From IMG/VR virus record IMGVR_UViG_3300044639_002137: 64,000 bases of DNA. One strand, 5' to 3'. The number at the start of each line of letters is the position of its first letter. The stretch's first letter is position 1. Below, piece after piece: positions 36,580-45,443 of the stretch. This DNA is from an uncultured virus (IMG/VR IMGVR_UViG_3300044639_002137) (taxonomy: Duplodnaviria > Heunggongvirae > Uroviricota > Caudoviricetes). The translations under genes and the position numbers were made by a program. The notes under the pieces are model-generated. The model made no database searches. It saw only the letters and a list, made by a program, of their open reading frames with translations, and was not told where the DNA came from.

Positions 36580-36879
36580 TTAGAATCCTAACACGTTGCG
36601 TAATGTGGTAATTTTTGGCAGATAAATTTGCACGCCAGCCTTGAAGTCCAGGGGAGGTGCAGTTAGTGTGTTGGGATTGCGTTGATAAAACACCCACCAC
36701 AACTCTGCTGTGTCATACAAGTCAAATGCCAGTAGATCAGGTCTATACTGATACGTGGTGTTGATCAGCATGATACGATCGTCAGTTTCTTTGGGAATAG
36801 GCCGATTGGTCATGGTGTCCAGAAAGAACTGACTATAGCCAGTGGTATAGTATGCGCTGGTTGAATCATAAGTGGCCAT
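36580..36879 (-). CDS. gp53: Baseplate wedge gp53-like (LysM-like) protein
   Basis: YRPDLLAFDLY...LWWVF...N...G..IYLP signature. Confidence 0.75.
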   Translation of the reverse strand: MATYDSTSAYYTTGYSQFFLDTMTNRPIPKETDDRIMLINTTYQYRPDLLAFDLYDTAELWWVFYQRNPNTLTAPPLDFKAGVQIYLPKITTLRNVLGF

Positions 36880-38279
36880 TACCAGAACCCTCCTTTGATT
36901 AGATCACCGTTGGCGAATCCCTTGACGCTGAACTGTTGGCTGACCTGTGATCTAGTTTGCATTGGCAACAATATCAGGCTGATTTCAAGTTTTGTGGGCA
37001 CATAGGTTGGTTCATTTTTCCCCAGTGTGGGCGGCGCTGTTGGATTAGATATGGCTCCTTTGAGTATGCCTTGACTGGAGAAAAGATTTGCCAATCGATT
37101 GACTGCACTAGATATAGGGTTTGTGGGCAGGTCTTGGCGGACCCTGCGTGACAGCAGATTGGTTCCGTTGATATTGGCACTTCTGGCACGTATGTAATCA
37201 ACGTCTGCTGGCAGACTGTATGCAAAACTGCTGACCACACAAGGGTGTGCTGAGAACTGATACTGCCCTAGTCCTGTCAAGAATACCAAGGGAGGTGGGG
37301 CTCCTCGTTCTGCGTCCTGACCATAAAACATTTTTGTTACTGATCTAAAGAAATGTATCACAGCCAACAAGTAATCTGCTTCGGCAGAATCTTGTGCTGT
37401 GAATGTGGCTGACATATTCACCGCATCGGTGTAGCTTGACTTGTAGAAATACCCTTTGTAGTTTGAGTGAGTAAGTGTGTATGGATCATATTCAGCCTTG
37501 TAATTGATATCAATTTTGGGTGTGTACGGAAATATTACTCCGCCTGTTTTGGCCAAGGGAGCCAGTATTCCTGGAGGACTTGCATTGTACAAATAGGTAG
37601 CACTGGGTGCCAGGCTAAGACGAACACGCCAGTCCCCGTTGTTGGTCATTTTGCGTTGTGCTTCCAGCGTGGCTTGACGCTGTGCCAACAAGGTGCCTGC
37701 CTGCTGTTGGGCAGCCGCACGTTGTTGCGGATCTTGAACTGTGTTTGCTCCAGGCAAGGATGCGGCGGCTATTTGGGCAGCTTCGGCTCGTTGTTGTGGA
37801 TCTAGAAATGTATTTACAGGAGCAGCAGAGGTTGTAGGTTGTGCTGCTGCAAATTGTCTAGCATCTTCTTGGTCTTGGAGACTTTGATCGTTTGCTGCAT
37901 CAACAGGTTCAGCAGCACTGGCTGCATTGGCTTCTGCAGCCGCTTCAGCAAGAGCAGCGTCGCGGGCTTCGGCCTGTTGTTGCGGATCTAGAAATGTGTT
38001 TACTGGTGTTGCTGATTGTGCTGCTACCGCTTCGTCCACGCCTGCAAATTCGTTGTATGGCGAAGTTGTAACTTCTGGAGGTGCAACTGTTGCTTCGGCG
38101 TCAATAGTAAAGGTAGAAGTATATCCGCCTGTAGCATCAACAACTGTGTTGGTAAAACTAGTGTTTATTACAACATCGCCGCCCAGTGAAGCAGCTACCT
38201 GGGCCCGAGCATCGGCTTCGGCCAGATTCTGGGCGGTGTTTGCATCTGAGGCGGTGACTGTGGATGAGAATGTAGACAT
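36879..38279 (-). CDS. Tail tube initiator / baseplate-tube junction-like protein with low-complexity N-terminus
   Basis: C-terminal GVIFPYTP..THSNY..FTAQ..HFFRSVTKMFYG..GAPPPLVFL..PCVVSSF; Ala/Gln-rich N-terminal half. Confidence 0.6.
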   Translation of the reverse strand: MSTFSSTVTASDANTAQNLAEADARAQVAASLGGDVVINTSFTNTVVDATGGYTSTFTIDAEATVAPPEVTTSPYNEFAGVDEAVAAQSATPVNTFLDPQQQAEARDAALAEAAAEANAASAAEPVDAANDQSLQDQEDARQFAAAQPTTSAAPVNTFLDPQQRAEAAQIAAASLPGANTVQDPQQRAAAQQQAGTLLAQRQATLEAQRKMTNNGDWRVRLSLAPSATYLYNASPPGILAPLAKTGGVIFPYTPKIDINYKAEYDPYTLTHSNYKGYFYKSSYTDAVNMSATFTAQDSAEADYLLAVIHFFRSVTKMFYGQDAERGAPPPLVFLTGLGQYQFSAHPCVVSSFAYSLPADVDYIRARSANINGTNLLSRRVRQDLPTNPISSAVNRLANLFSSQGILKGAISNPTAPPTLGKNEPTYVPTKLEISLILLPMQTRSQVSQQFSVKGFANGDLIKGGFW

Positions 38280-38295
38280 AGTGATTCCTATATCT

Positions 38296-38302
38296 TATTT
38301 AC
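38296..38302 (-). promoter_or_regulatory. Late (gp55-type) promoter box TAAATA heading the baseplate operon
   Basis: Minus strand GGTAAATAAG upstream of ATG 38279. The same TAAATA box precedes many structural genes (approx. 11470, 12291-96, 30412-17, 30820-25, 46508-13, 48525-30, 50370-75, 50659-64, 53302-07, 55742-47, 55786-91, 57339-44). Confidence 0.7.
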
Positions 38303-38332
38303 CCAAAAAATAAACCACTCAGTTTATAAAGG

Positions 38333-38360
38333 TTGACAAAGCGGCAAAATATGTTATACT
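38333..38360 (+). promoter_or_regulatory. Sigma70-type promoter for gp55
   Basis: TTGACA (38333-38338), 16 nt spacer, TATACT (38355-38360) with extended -10 TG. Confidence 0.75.
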
Positions 38361-38386
38361 AAGTAATATTTTAAGGACCTGTCTTA

Positions 38387-39313
38387 ATGGCAATCATCGC
38401 AAGGACCACACCAAAAACCAATTATCTCAACAACAGAGATATTCTCAAAGAGATTCATTCCAGCAAGAAAAACTACTGTGCTTATAGAGATCCTGATCTA
38501 GATCACCAGTGCGATATTATTCTGCCAAGCCTGAGCAAGATCAATCAAAAAACCATAGCAGAAGCCAGACGCAACCGAGCCGATCGTATCAAACGTGAAA
38601 CCGGCGAGATACTTGATCCAAAAAAAATACCCAACACAGACATTGTGTTTCGAATCATGACCTGGGAACATGTGCCCATGGCGCCAAAGAAAATTACCAA
38701 GGCCGAAGCAAAAAAGCGCAGCAAACTGGAAGATTTACTGGAACTGGATGAAGTGGTTGAAGATCCGCTAGCTGATCTGATTGATGCACCAATGCTAGAT
38801 CCCACACACATTCGAGTGAACTTTCCTCCGTTCTTTCACTATCGCATAGACGACGCCAAGGTGCCGTTCCTGGTGGGCAAGAGTCATTGGAAGGGCGATC
38901 TAGAAACCGGAGAGTTTAGCAAGGATCACGGTGACATGACACGCAAACTGGCCATGATGTTCATGAAATTGTGTGAGCGTTATGCCACAAGATCAAACTG
39001 GAGAGGATACACCTACAATGAAGAAATGCGCGGGCAAGCCCTGTTACAACTCAGCCAAATTGGACTGCAATTTGATGAATCAAAATCGCAGAATCCTTTT
39101 GCGTATTATACTGCCGCTATTACCAATAGCTTTACTCGTATCCTGAACATTGAAAAGAAAAGTCAAAACATTCGTGATGACATTCTGGAAATGAACGGGC
39201 TCAATCCGTCGTGGACACGACAGAATTCTGGCAAGCACTCAATGGCGGCCATGAGTGGCCCGGTTACAATTACAACCTATACTACGTCTGAAACTGATCC
39301 AGTTGAGATTTAA
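38387..39313 (+). CDS. gp55: Late-transcription sigma factor, gp55-like
   Basis: NYLNNRD, NWRGYTYNEEM..A, QFDESKSQNPFAYYT...NSF.RIL..EKK; upstream of gp47/gp46 as in T4. Confidence 0.85.
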   Translation: MAIIARTTPKTNYLNNRDILKEIHSSKKNYCAYRDPDLDHQCDIILPSLSKINQKTIAEARRNRADRIKRETGEILDPKKIPNTDIVFRIMTWEHVPMAPKKITKAEAKKRSKLEDLLELDEVVEDPLADLIDAPMLDPTHIRVNFPPFFHYRIDDAKVPFLVGKSHWKGDLETGEFSKDHGDMTRKLAMMFMKLCERYATRSNWRGYTYNEEMRGQALLQLSQIGLQFDESKSQNPFAYYTAAITNSFTRILNIEKKSQNIRDDILEMNGLNPSWTRQNSGKHSMAAMSGPVTITTYTTSETDPVEI

Positions 39314-39326
39314 TCTGCCAAAGTTA

Positions 39327-39355
39327 TTGACTTTAGCAGCTAGAGATTGTAAAAT
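39327..39355 (+). promoter_or_regulatory. Sigma70-type promoter for gp47
   Basis: TTGACT (39327-32), 17 nt spacer, TAAAAT (39350-55). Confidence 0.65.
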
Positions 39356-39373
39356 TGTGGATTAAAGGAACCG

Positions 39374-40390
39374 ATGACAAATCTATTTCACAAAGCCGCA
39401 GTCTTCACGGACATACATTTTGGACTCAAGAGCAACAGTACTCAGCACAATGAAGACTGCCTGAACTTTGTGAAGTGGGCCACGGCCAAGGCCCGGGCCG
39501 AAGGTTGCGAAACCTGCATGTTCCTGGGTGACTGGCACAACAATCGAGCCAGTCTCAACATTGTCACACTCAACTACAGCCTACAAGCACTGGAGCACAT
39601 GAATGCAAATTTTTCCAATGTGTATTTTATTCCTGGCAATCACGACCTTTATTATCGTGATAAACGTGATATACAAAGTGTGGAATGGGCAAAGCATCTC
39701 CCCCGTGTACAGATATGTAACGACTGGTTTAGTAGCGGCAATGTGGTTATTGCTCCTTGGTTGGTGGCTGATGATCATAAACGCATACCAAAACTAACGG
39801 GCAAGTACATGTTCGGGCACTTTGAACTGCCCGGTTACTTGATGAATGCCCAGATTGAAATGCCAGATCATGGCGAAGTGCAACGAGAACACTTCACTGG
39901 TTTTGAACATGTGTTTACTGGACACTTTCACAAGCGGCAGACCAAAAAGAACATTACCTACATTGGCAATTGTTTTCCGCACAACTATGCTGACGCCGGT
40001 GACGACGATCGTGGCCTGATGATTCTGGAATGGGACAAAGAGCCTGAGTTTCACGCCTGGCCAGATCAGCCCAGATATCGTGTGTTTGGTCTCAGCAACA
40101 TCATCGACAATGCTGCCACTATCCTGGCACCGGGCATGCATGTGCGTGTGCAACTGGACATTGAGATTTCATACGAAGAAGCCAACTTTATCAAAGAAAC
40201 ATTTATCAAAGACTACGGTCTCAGAGAGATGGCCCTGATACCCAACAAAGCCAGCTCAGTAGACACAGACATGGCACCAGGTGAGATCAAGTTTGAAAGT
40301 GTAGATCAAATTGTCACAGATCAGATCACCAACATTGCATCCGAATTCTACGACAACAAACTGCTGTTGAAGATCTATCAGGATCTTTGA
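39374..40390 (+). CDS. gp47: Recombination endonuclease subunit (Mre11/SbcD-like)
   Basis: Metallophosphoesterase motifs DIHFG, LGDW, GNHD, GHFE, GHFH. Confidence 0.9.
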   Translation: MTNLFHKAAVFTDIHFGLKSNSTQHNEDCLNFVKWATAKARAEGCETCMFLGDWHNNRASLNIVTLNYSLQALEHMNANFSNVYFIPGNHDLYYRDKRDIQSVEWAKHLPRVQICNDWFSSGNVVIAPWLVADDHKRIPKLTGKYMFGHFELPGYLMNAQIEMPDHGEVQREHFTGFEHVFTGHFHKRQTKKNITYIGNCFPHNYADAGDDDRGLMILEWDKEPEFHAWPDQPRYRVFGLSNIIDNAATILAPGMHVRVQLDIEISYEEANFIKETFIKDYGLREMALIPNKASSVDTDMAPGEIKFESVDQIVTDQITNIASEFYDNKLLLKIYQDL

Positions 40391-40407
40391 GAACATCAAC
40401 TCATGAT

Positions 40408-40941
40408 ATGATTACTAAACTTGAAATAACACCTGAATATTTGGCAGCTATTAAGAACAAATACAAAATAATTGATCACGTTAACTTGTTATCGGTTGAT
40501 TTTGATTTTGTTTTGCTTGAAAAATTTTTAAATAAAACAAAAAAAAGTTGCTATCAGGCCAACGAACGATATATCATTGAGCACTTTGATACTGATTATT
40601 ATTTGCCAGAGTTTCCATATGGATTAACTTTGTATAATTTATTTGTTGCATTTAAAAAACTTGATATTCCGTTGTTTACCATGCTAATAATTACAAATAG
40701 TTTTGGGATCGAAAAAGAAATTAATGCTTTAGCACCTGATTGTAATGATAGACCAACGGTTATTACTACATTTATTAGCTATCTACACTATACTAACGAA
40801 TATCACAATGTCGATGTTGATGCTAAAGAAATTACAGTTCCTGGAATCTGCATGATGAGCGCATCAAGAGTACACCGACATGCCTTATACAATTTTTTTG
40901 AACGTGAATTGTTGTTGGATTTTTTAGCGGTGACCAAATAA
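40408..40941 (+). CDS. Hypothetical protein (AT-rich insert; possibly the N-terminal half of a GT-like protein)
   Basis: From ORF 40387..40941, likely start ATG 40408; IIEHFDTDYY, SASRVHRHAL. Confidence 0.55.
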   Translation: MITKLEITPEYLAAIKNKYKIIDHVNLLSVDFDFVLLEKFLNKTKKSCYQANERYIIEHFDTDYYLPEFPYGLTLYNLFVAFKKLDIPLFTMLIITNSFGIEKEINALAPDCNDRPTVITTFISYLHYTNEYHNVDVDAKEITVPGICMMSASRVHRHALYNFFERELLLDFLAVTK

Positions 40942-40942
40942 T

Positions 40943-41467
40943 ATGGAGTATATTTATCCCCATCCGTACACCCGAATCAACGAAACATGGATAGATAGCA
41001 GTGTTGCATGTGTTCCGCTAATGGGTTCTGTTTTGCACCCGTTGATACACGGCAAACCAAATTCACCAACTACTAGATATCAAGCAGATTTTTACAAATA
41101 CGTTGCTGTTGACATTGTGTCAGAAAGTGTTTATAATTATAGATATCCGTACATCTCCGAAAAGATACTTCGACCAATTGCATGCAAGAGATTGTTTATT
41201 GTAGTAGGTGCTCCGGGTACGTTGGCGTTATTACACAGCAAAGGATTTAACACCTTTCCTAACATTTTTGACGAATCGTACGACTCGATTTTTAGTCCAG
41301 TGCAACGATGGCATGCATTAGAAAAAGTAATTAAAGACTTTGTAACTAAACCTCTTGAAGAGATAATTAGAATTGTGCAATCAAGTAGTGCAATACTAGA
41401 TCACAATTTTGAAGTTTTAAAAAATTTACAAAAGATTGAACTTAAGGACCTAGTTGATACACATTAA
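40943..41467 (+). CDS. Glycosyltransferase-like C-terminal domain protein (family of 1918..3063 and 4417..5343)
   Basis: VDIVSES, YISEKILRPI, LHSKGFNTFPNIFDESYD, ILDHN. Confidence 0.55.
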   Translation: MEYIYPHPYTRINETWIDSSVACVPLMGSVLHPLIHGKPNSPTTRYQADFYKYVAVDIVSESVYNYRYPYISEKILRPIACKRLFIVVGAPGTLALLHSKGFNTFPNIFDESYDSIFSPVQRWHALEKVIKDFVTKPLEEIIRIVQSSSAILDHNFEVLKNLQKIELKDLVDTH

Positions 41468-43535
41468 AAATCTCACTGTTCGAAACTTCATGAGCGTGGG
41501 TGCTGCTACCCAGGCCATCAACTTTGACCGCAAAGACATTACCCTGGTGCTGGGCGAGAATCTTGATCTTGGTGGTGATGGATCACGCAACGGCACAGGC
41601 AAAACTACAATCATCAATGCACTTAGCTATGCCTTGTATGGCACGGCTCTGTCAAACATCCGCAAGGACAATCTAGTAAACAAGACCAACGGCAAAAACA
41701 TGCTGGTTAGTCTGGAGTTTGCAGTCAACGGTGCAGAGTATAGAATTGAACGTGGGCGCAAACCAAACGTGCTCAAGTTTTATGTGAACAATGAAGCCAC
41801 AGTGGCCACAGACGAAGCACAAGGTGATTCAAGAGAAACACAAGACGCTGTGGAACGCATTATGAACATGAGTCACGACATGTTCAAACATGTTGTGGCT
41901 CTCAACACCTATACCGAACCGTTCCTGGGTCTAAAAGCCAATGACCAACGAACCATCATTGAACAGTTGCTGGGTATTACACTACTGAGCGAACGTGCTG
42001 ATGCAATCAAAGAACTGGCTAGAGGCACCAAAGACTCAGTATCTCAAGAAGAATTTAGAATTAGAGCAGTGGTTGAAGCCAACAGCCGTATTGCAGAACA
42101 GATTGAAAGTCTCAAACGACGACGAGTGCTATGGCAAAAAAAGCAAGACAGCGATCTTGAATATCTTGCCACACAGTATGCTGATCTAACACAGATCAAC
42201 ATTGAAGCTGAATTGCTGGCACACCGAGATCTTGCCGTCTACAGTCAACAAAAGACAGCACAAGATGCGCACACTGCCTTGGTGGCTAGACAAACCGCCT
42301 GGCGACAAAAACAATCTCGAGACGTAGCCGACTTTAGAGCCAACTATGATCTACTGAGCCACATTGACATTGAGGCTGAACTGGCCGCACATGCCGCTCT
42401 GGCTGCTCACTCCCACCAGGTCAAGAACACAGCGGATATTGAAAAGCTAATTACACGTTGTAGAGCTGATGAGATTCGAGAGCAGGCTGCTGTTGCCAAA
42501 CTAGCTGCAGAGATTGCTGAACTAGAAGCACACAAATGCTATGCTTGCGGACAAGAGTTCCATGACGGAAGTCACGAAGCAGTACTAGAAGACAAACGCA
42601 AGACCCTGCAAGAAGCTGAACTACAGGCTACGGCCACAATGAGTCAGCTGATCGAACACACCGCAGCACTGGCAGCTCTAGGCGTGTTAGGTGCAAAGCC
42701 TGTTACACACTACCGCACTGAAGCAGAAGCTATTAGACATTCAAGCGAGTTGGAAAATATTCAAAAGCAAATTGATGCCAAACTTGACGAACTTGATCCC
42801 TATGCCGAACAAGTGTCAGAATACACTGAGGTTGTGCTAGGTGCTCAGCCAGTCACTCACTACGATACCGAAGCCAAGGCAGTCACACACCTGAGTCAGG
42901 TTGCCAACTTGTTGCAACAGATCACTGCCAAGACAGCAGAAACTGATCCCTACACTGATCAGATCAACGACATGACCAATCAGGCTTTGCAGACTGTGAG
43001 TTATGATGCCTTAAACGATCTCAATCGATTGCAGGAGCATCAGGACTTCTTGCTCAAACTACTGACCAGCAAGGACAGTTTTGTTCGCAAGAAGATCATT
43101 GATCAAAACTTGAGTTATCTCAACGCAAGGCTCACACACTACCTGGATCGTATTGGCCTGCCGCACACTGTGAAGTTTCAAAACGATCTCACAGTCAGTA
43201 TTGAAGAACTGGGTCGTGAACTGGACTTTGACAATCTCAGCAGAGGTGAGCGCACCAGACTGATCTTGAGTCTGAACTTTGCGTTCCGTGATGTTTGGGA
43301 AAGCCTATACTCTCCGATCAACCTGTTGTTTGTGGATGAACTGATCGACAACGGACTAGACACAGCAGGTGTAGAGAATGCTCTGGCCTTGCTCAAACGC
43401 ATGAGTCGTGAACGTCACAAGAGTATCTGGCTTGTGAGTCATAGAGACGAACTGAGTGGCCGAGTAGAAAACATACTCAAGGTTGTGAAAGAAAACGGAT
43501 TCACCAACTACAATACCGAGGTTGAACTGGCATGA
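41454..43535 (+). CDS. gp46: Recombination ATPase (Rad50/SbcC-like)
   Basis: Walker A NGTGKT, zinc hook CYAC, signature LSRGE, Walker B LLFVDE, SH; TTG start. Confidence 0.9.
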   Translation: MIHIKNLTVRNFMSVGAATQAINFDRKDITLVLGENLDLGGDGSRNGTGKTTIINALSYALYGTALSNIRKDNLVNKTNGKNMLVSLEFAVNGAEYRIERGRKPNVLKFYVNNEATVATDEAQGDSRETQDAVERIMNMSHDMFKHVVALNTYTEPFLGLKANDQRTIIEQLLGITLLSERADAIKELARGTKDSVSQEEFRIRAVVEANSRIAEQIESLKRRRVLWQKKQDSDLEYLATQYADLTQINIEAELLAHRDLAVYSQQKTAQDAHTALVARQTAWRQKQSRDVADFRANYDLLSHIDIEAELAAHAALAAHSHQVKNTADIEKLITRCRADEIREQAAVAKLAAEIAELEAHKCYACGQEFHDGSHEAVLEDKRKTLQEAELQATATMSQLIEHTAALAALGVLGAKPVTHYRTEAEAIRHSSELENIQKQIDAKLDELDPYAEQVSEYTEVVLGAQPVTHYDTEAKAVTHLSQVANLLQQITAKTAETDPYTDQINDMTNQALQTVSYDALNDLNRLQEHQDFLLKLLTSKDSFVRKKIIDQNLSYLNARLTHYLDRIGLPHTVKFQNDLTVSIEELGRELDFDNLSRGERTRLILSLNFAFRDVWESLYSPINLLFVDELIDNGLDTAGVENALALLKRMSRERHKSIWLVSHRDELSGRVENILKVVKENGFTNYNTEVELA

Positions 43536-44545
43536 CTCTGGCAACCTGGCATTTCCATATTGAAATATCCAGCAAGTGTACCCTGAGGTGCCCAAGGTGT
43601 GCTCGTCAAGAAGTTCCTGATGGTCTAGTCAACACAGAACTAAATCTAGAATTTTTCAAACGTAATTTTACTCCTGAGTTTGTGCGGACCAATGTAGAAA
43701 AAATTACATTCTGCGGCGACGACGGTGATCCTGTATACGCTCATGATCTGATACCTGTTGTACAGTACATCAAAAGCATCAAGCCTGTGGAGATTGTGAT
43801 TGTGACCAACGGTAGTCATAAAAAAGTATCCTGGTGGAATGAGCTTGGACTGTGCCTGGGACCACAAGACAGTGTACACTTTAGTATCGACGGGTATGAT
43901 AACGCCAGCAATAATTTATATCGGGTGAACAGCGATTATGACAGCATAGTTGCAGGGTTGCAAGCACTTAGAGCCGCAAGCCTGTGTCAAATTGTTTGGG
44001 CTACAATTGCATTCAAATTCAATGAAGATCATATGGAACGCATGCAGCAATTTGCCAAAGATCTAGGAGTAGACCGATTTCAGTTGACCAAGAGCACAAA
44101 GTTTGGCAGTGTGTATCCATCATATGGTGTTGATGATCCACTCGAACCCAGTGTAAAATTTGTGAGTGGCACCCATCGTTTTGAACGTGAAGTTGTTGCG
44201 TTATCAGACGCAGGTGAGTGGCAAGAAATTCCGTTAACAAACTTAAAATTATTCAATCAAACCCCAAGTCGCAATGGTATAACACCCTTGTGCAAGATAG
44301 GCAACAAGGGCTTGTATATTGATGCTCGTGGCAGATTATTTCCCTGCTGCTGGGTGGCCAATAGATACAATCACAATTCAGACTGGCAGCAAATAGCAAA
44401 CAATTTTAATTTAAATACCAGAACACTTGCAGATTCAATCACAGACCCTTTTTGGGCAGCTGAGTTTCAGTCATTTAAGTGGCAGGAATGCCAGTCTAAA
44501 TGCAAGAGCTCAGTGGTTGATGAAAAATATGCCACAACATGGTGA
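43532..44545 (+). CDS. Radical SAM protein with C-terminal twitch/SPASM-like Cys cluster
   Basis: CTLRCPRC, CGDDGDP, C-terminal C..LYIDARGRLFPCCW..CQSKC. Confidence 0.85.
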   Translation: MTLATWHFHIEISSKCTLRCPRCARQEVPDGLVNTELNLEFFKRNFTPEFVRTNVEKITFCGDDGDPVYAHDLIPVVQYIKSIKPVEIVIVTNGSHKKVSWWNELGLCLGPQDSVHFSIDGYDNASNNLYRVNSDYDSIVAGLQALRAASLCQIVWATIAFKFNEDHMERMQQFAKDLGVDRFQLTKSTKFGSVYPSYGVDDPLEPSVKFVSGTHRFEREVVALSDAGEWQEIPLTNLKLFNQTPSRNGITPLCKIGNKGLYIDARGRLFPCCWVANRYNHNSDWQQIANNFNLNTRTLADSITDPFWAAEFQSFKWQECQSKCKSSVVDEKYATTW

Positions 44546-44587
44546 AAGAGATAACTACACTGCAAAGGTAATATAACAAATTCTCGC

Positions 44588-45016
44588 ATGACATGGCACT
44601 ATCAAAACACTCCAGTTGAGACACTGCCCGAAGAATGCATAGGATTTGTTTACCTGATCACCAATAATCTTTCTGGTCGCAAGTACATAGGCAAAAAACT
44701 AGCTAAATTTTCAAAAACCACATACAAAACAGTCAAGCAAAAAAACGGCATCAAGAAAAAAAAGAAAATTAGAACCAAAATTGACAGTGATTGGCGCGAC
44801 TACTACGGTTCAAGCGAAAATCTTACTGTTGACGTAAACACCCTAGGCACCGAAAACTTCACCAGAGAAATACTTTACTATTGCACTTCAAAGGCACAAT
44901 GTTCATACATTGAAGCTAGAGAACAGTTCGATCGCAAGGTATTAGAATCCACAGATTATTACAATGGCCATATCTCAGTCAGAGTACATGGCTCACACAT
45001 CATAAACAAAATTTAA
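44588..45016 (+). CDS. Stand-alone GIY-YIG family nuclease
   Basis: GFVYLITN...KYIG, YYGSS, FTREIL, E..EQ, YYN. Confidence 0.8.
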   Translation: MTWHYQNTPVETLPEECIGFVYLITNNLSGRKYIGKKLAKFSKTTYKTVKQKNGIKKKKKIRTKIDSDWRDYYGSSENLTVDVNTLGTENFTREILYYCTSKAQCSYIEAREQFDRKVLESTDYYNGHISVRVHGSHIINKI

Positions 45017-45019
45017 GGC

Positions 45020-45420
45020 AACACAAACGACACTGTGCCGAATGTTTGGTTCGGCTCCATTGAGGAACGGTGAGATACCCGGTCCGGACTTGGACGTCAA
45101 AGGCAATTGCTAACTTAAGGCAACAAATGGTCGGGGCTCTGTGAAACAGATACAACCCCTGCTTATAGGACTTGGATCTTGATCGGGTTACTAGGGTTCC
45201 GTTGATATGTGAAGCTTGAGTAGGGGGTACCGGTCAACCGCCTCCGCGTGGGTAACCACAATCTCATTATTATAGATGACTGCTGTCACTCGGATGATGC
45301 ATTCAATTCACCGTGCATACGGTGAATTATGACCACATAATCTGGATGATACTAAATTCAGTAACAAAGAAATCATTGATGAGCGACAGCGAATCAATAG
45401 ACTTGCTACGCAAGTCTCTA
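45020..45420 (+). ncRNA. Putative structured non-coding RNA or ssDNA element (unknown family)
   Basis: The largest gene-free gap in the window, with about 10 consecutive stem-loops including a GTAA tetraloop hairpin and a perfect 10-bp hairpin; strand assignment is tentative. Confidence 0.55.
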
Positions 45421-45443
45421 AACAAATGAAAGTTTCCGTTTTA

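Noticed and set aside
45062..45168. Resemblance to RNase P RNA (GAGGAA...GTCCGGACT and ACAACCCCTGCTTAT)
   Set aside because: The two segments cannot form the P4 pairing, their spacing is too short, and other conserved regions are absent
45020..45420. Group I or group II intron associated with the GIY-YIG gene
   Set aside because: No interrupted host gene, and no recognisable P7 (R/S) elements or domain V
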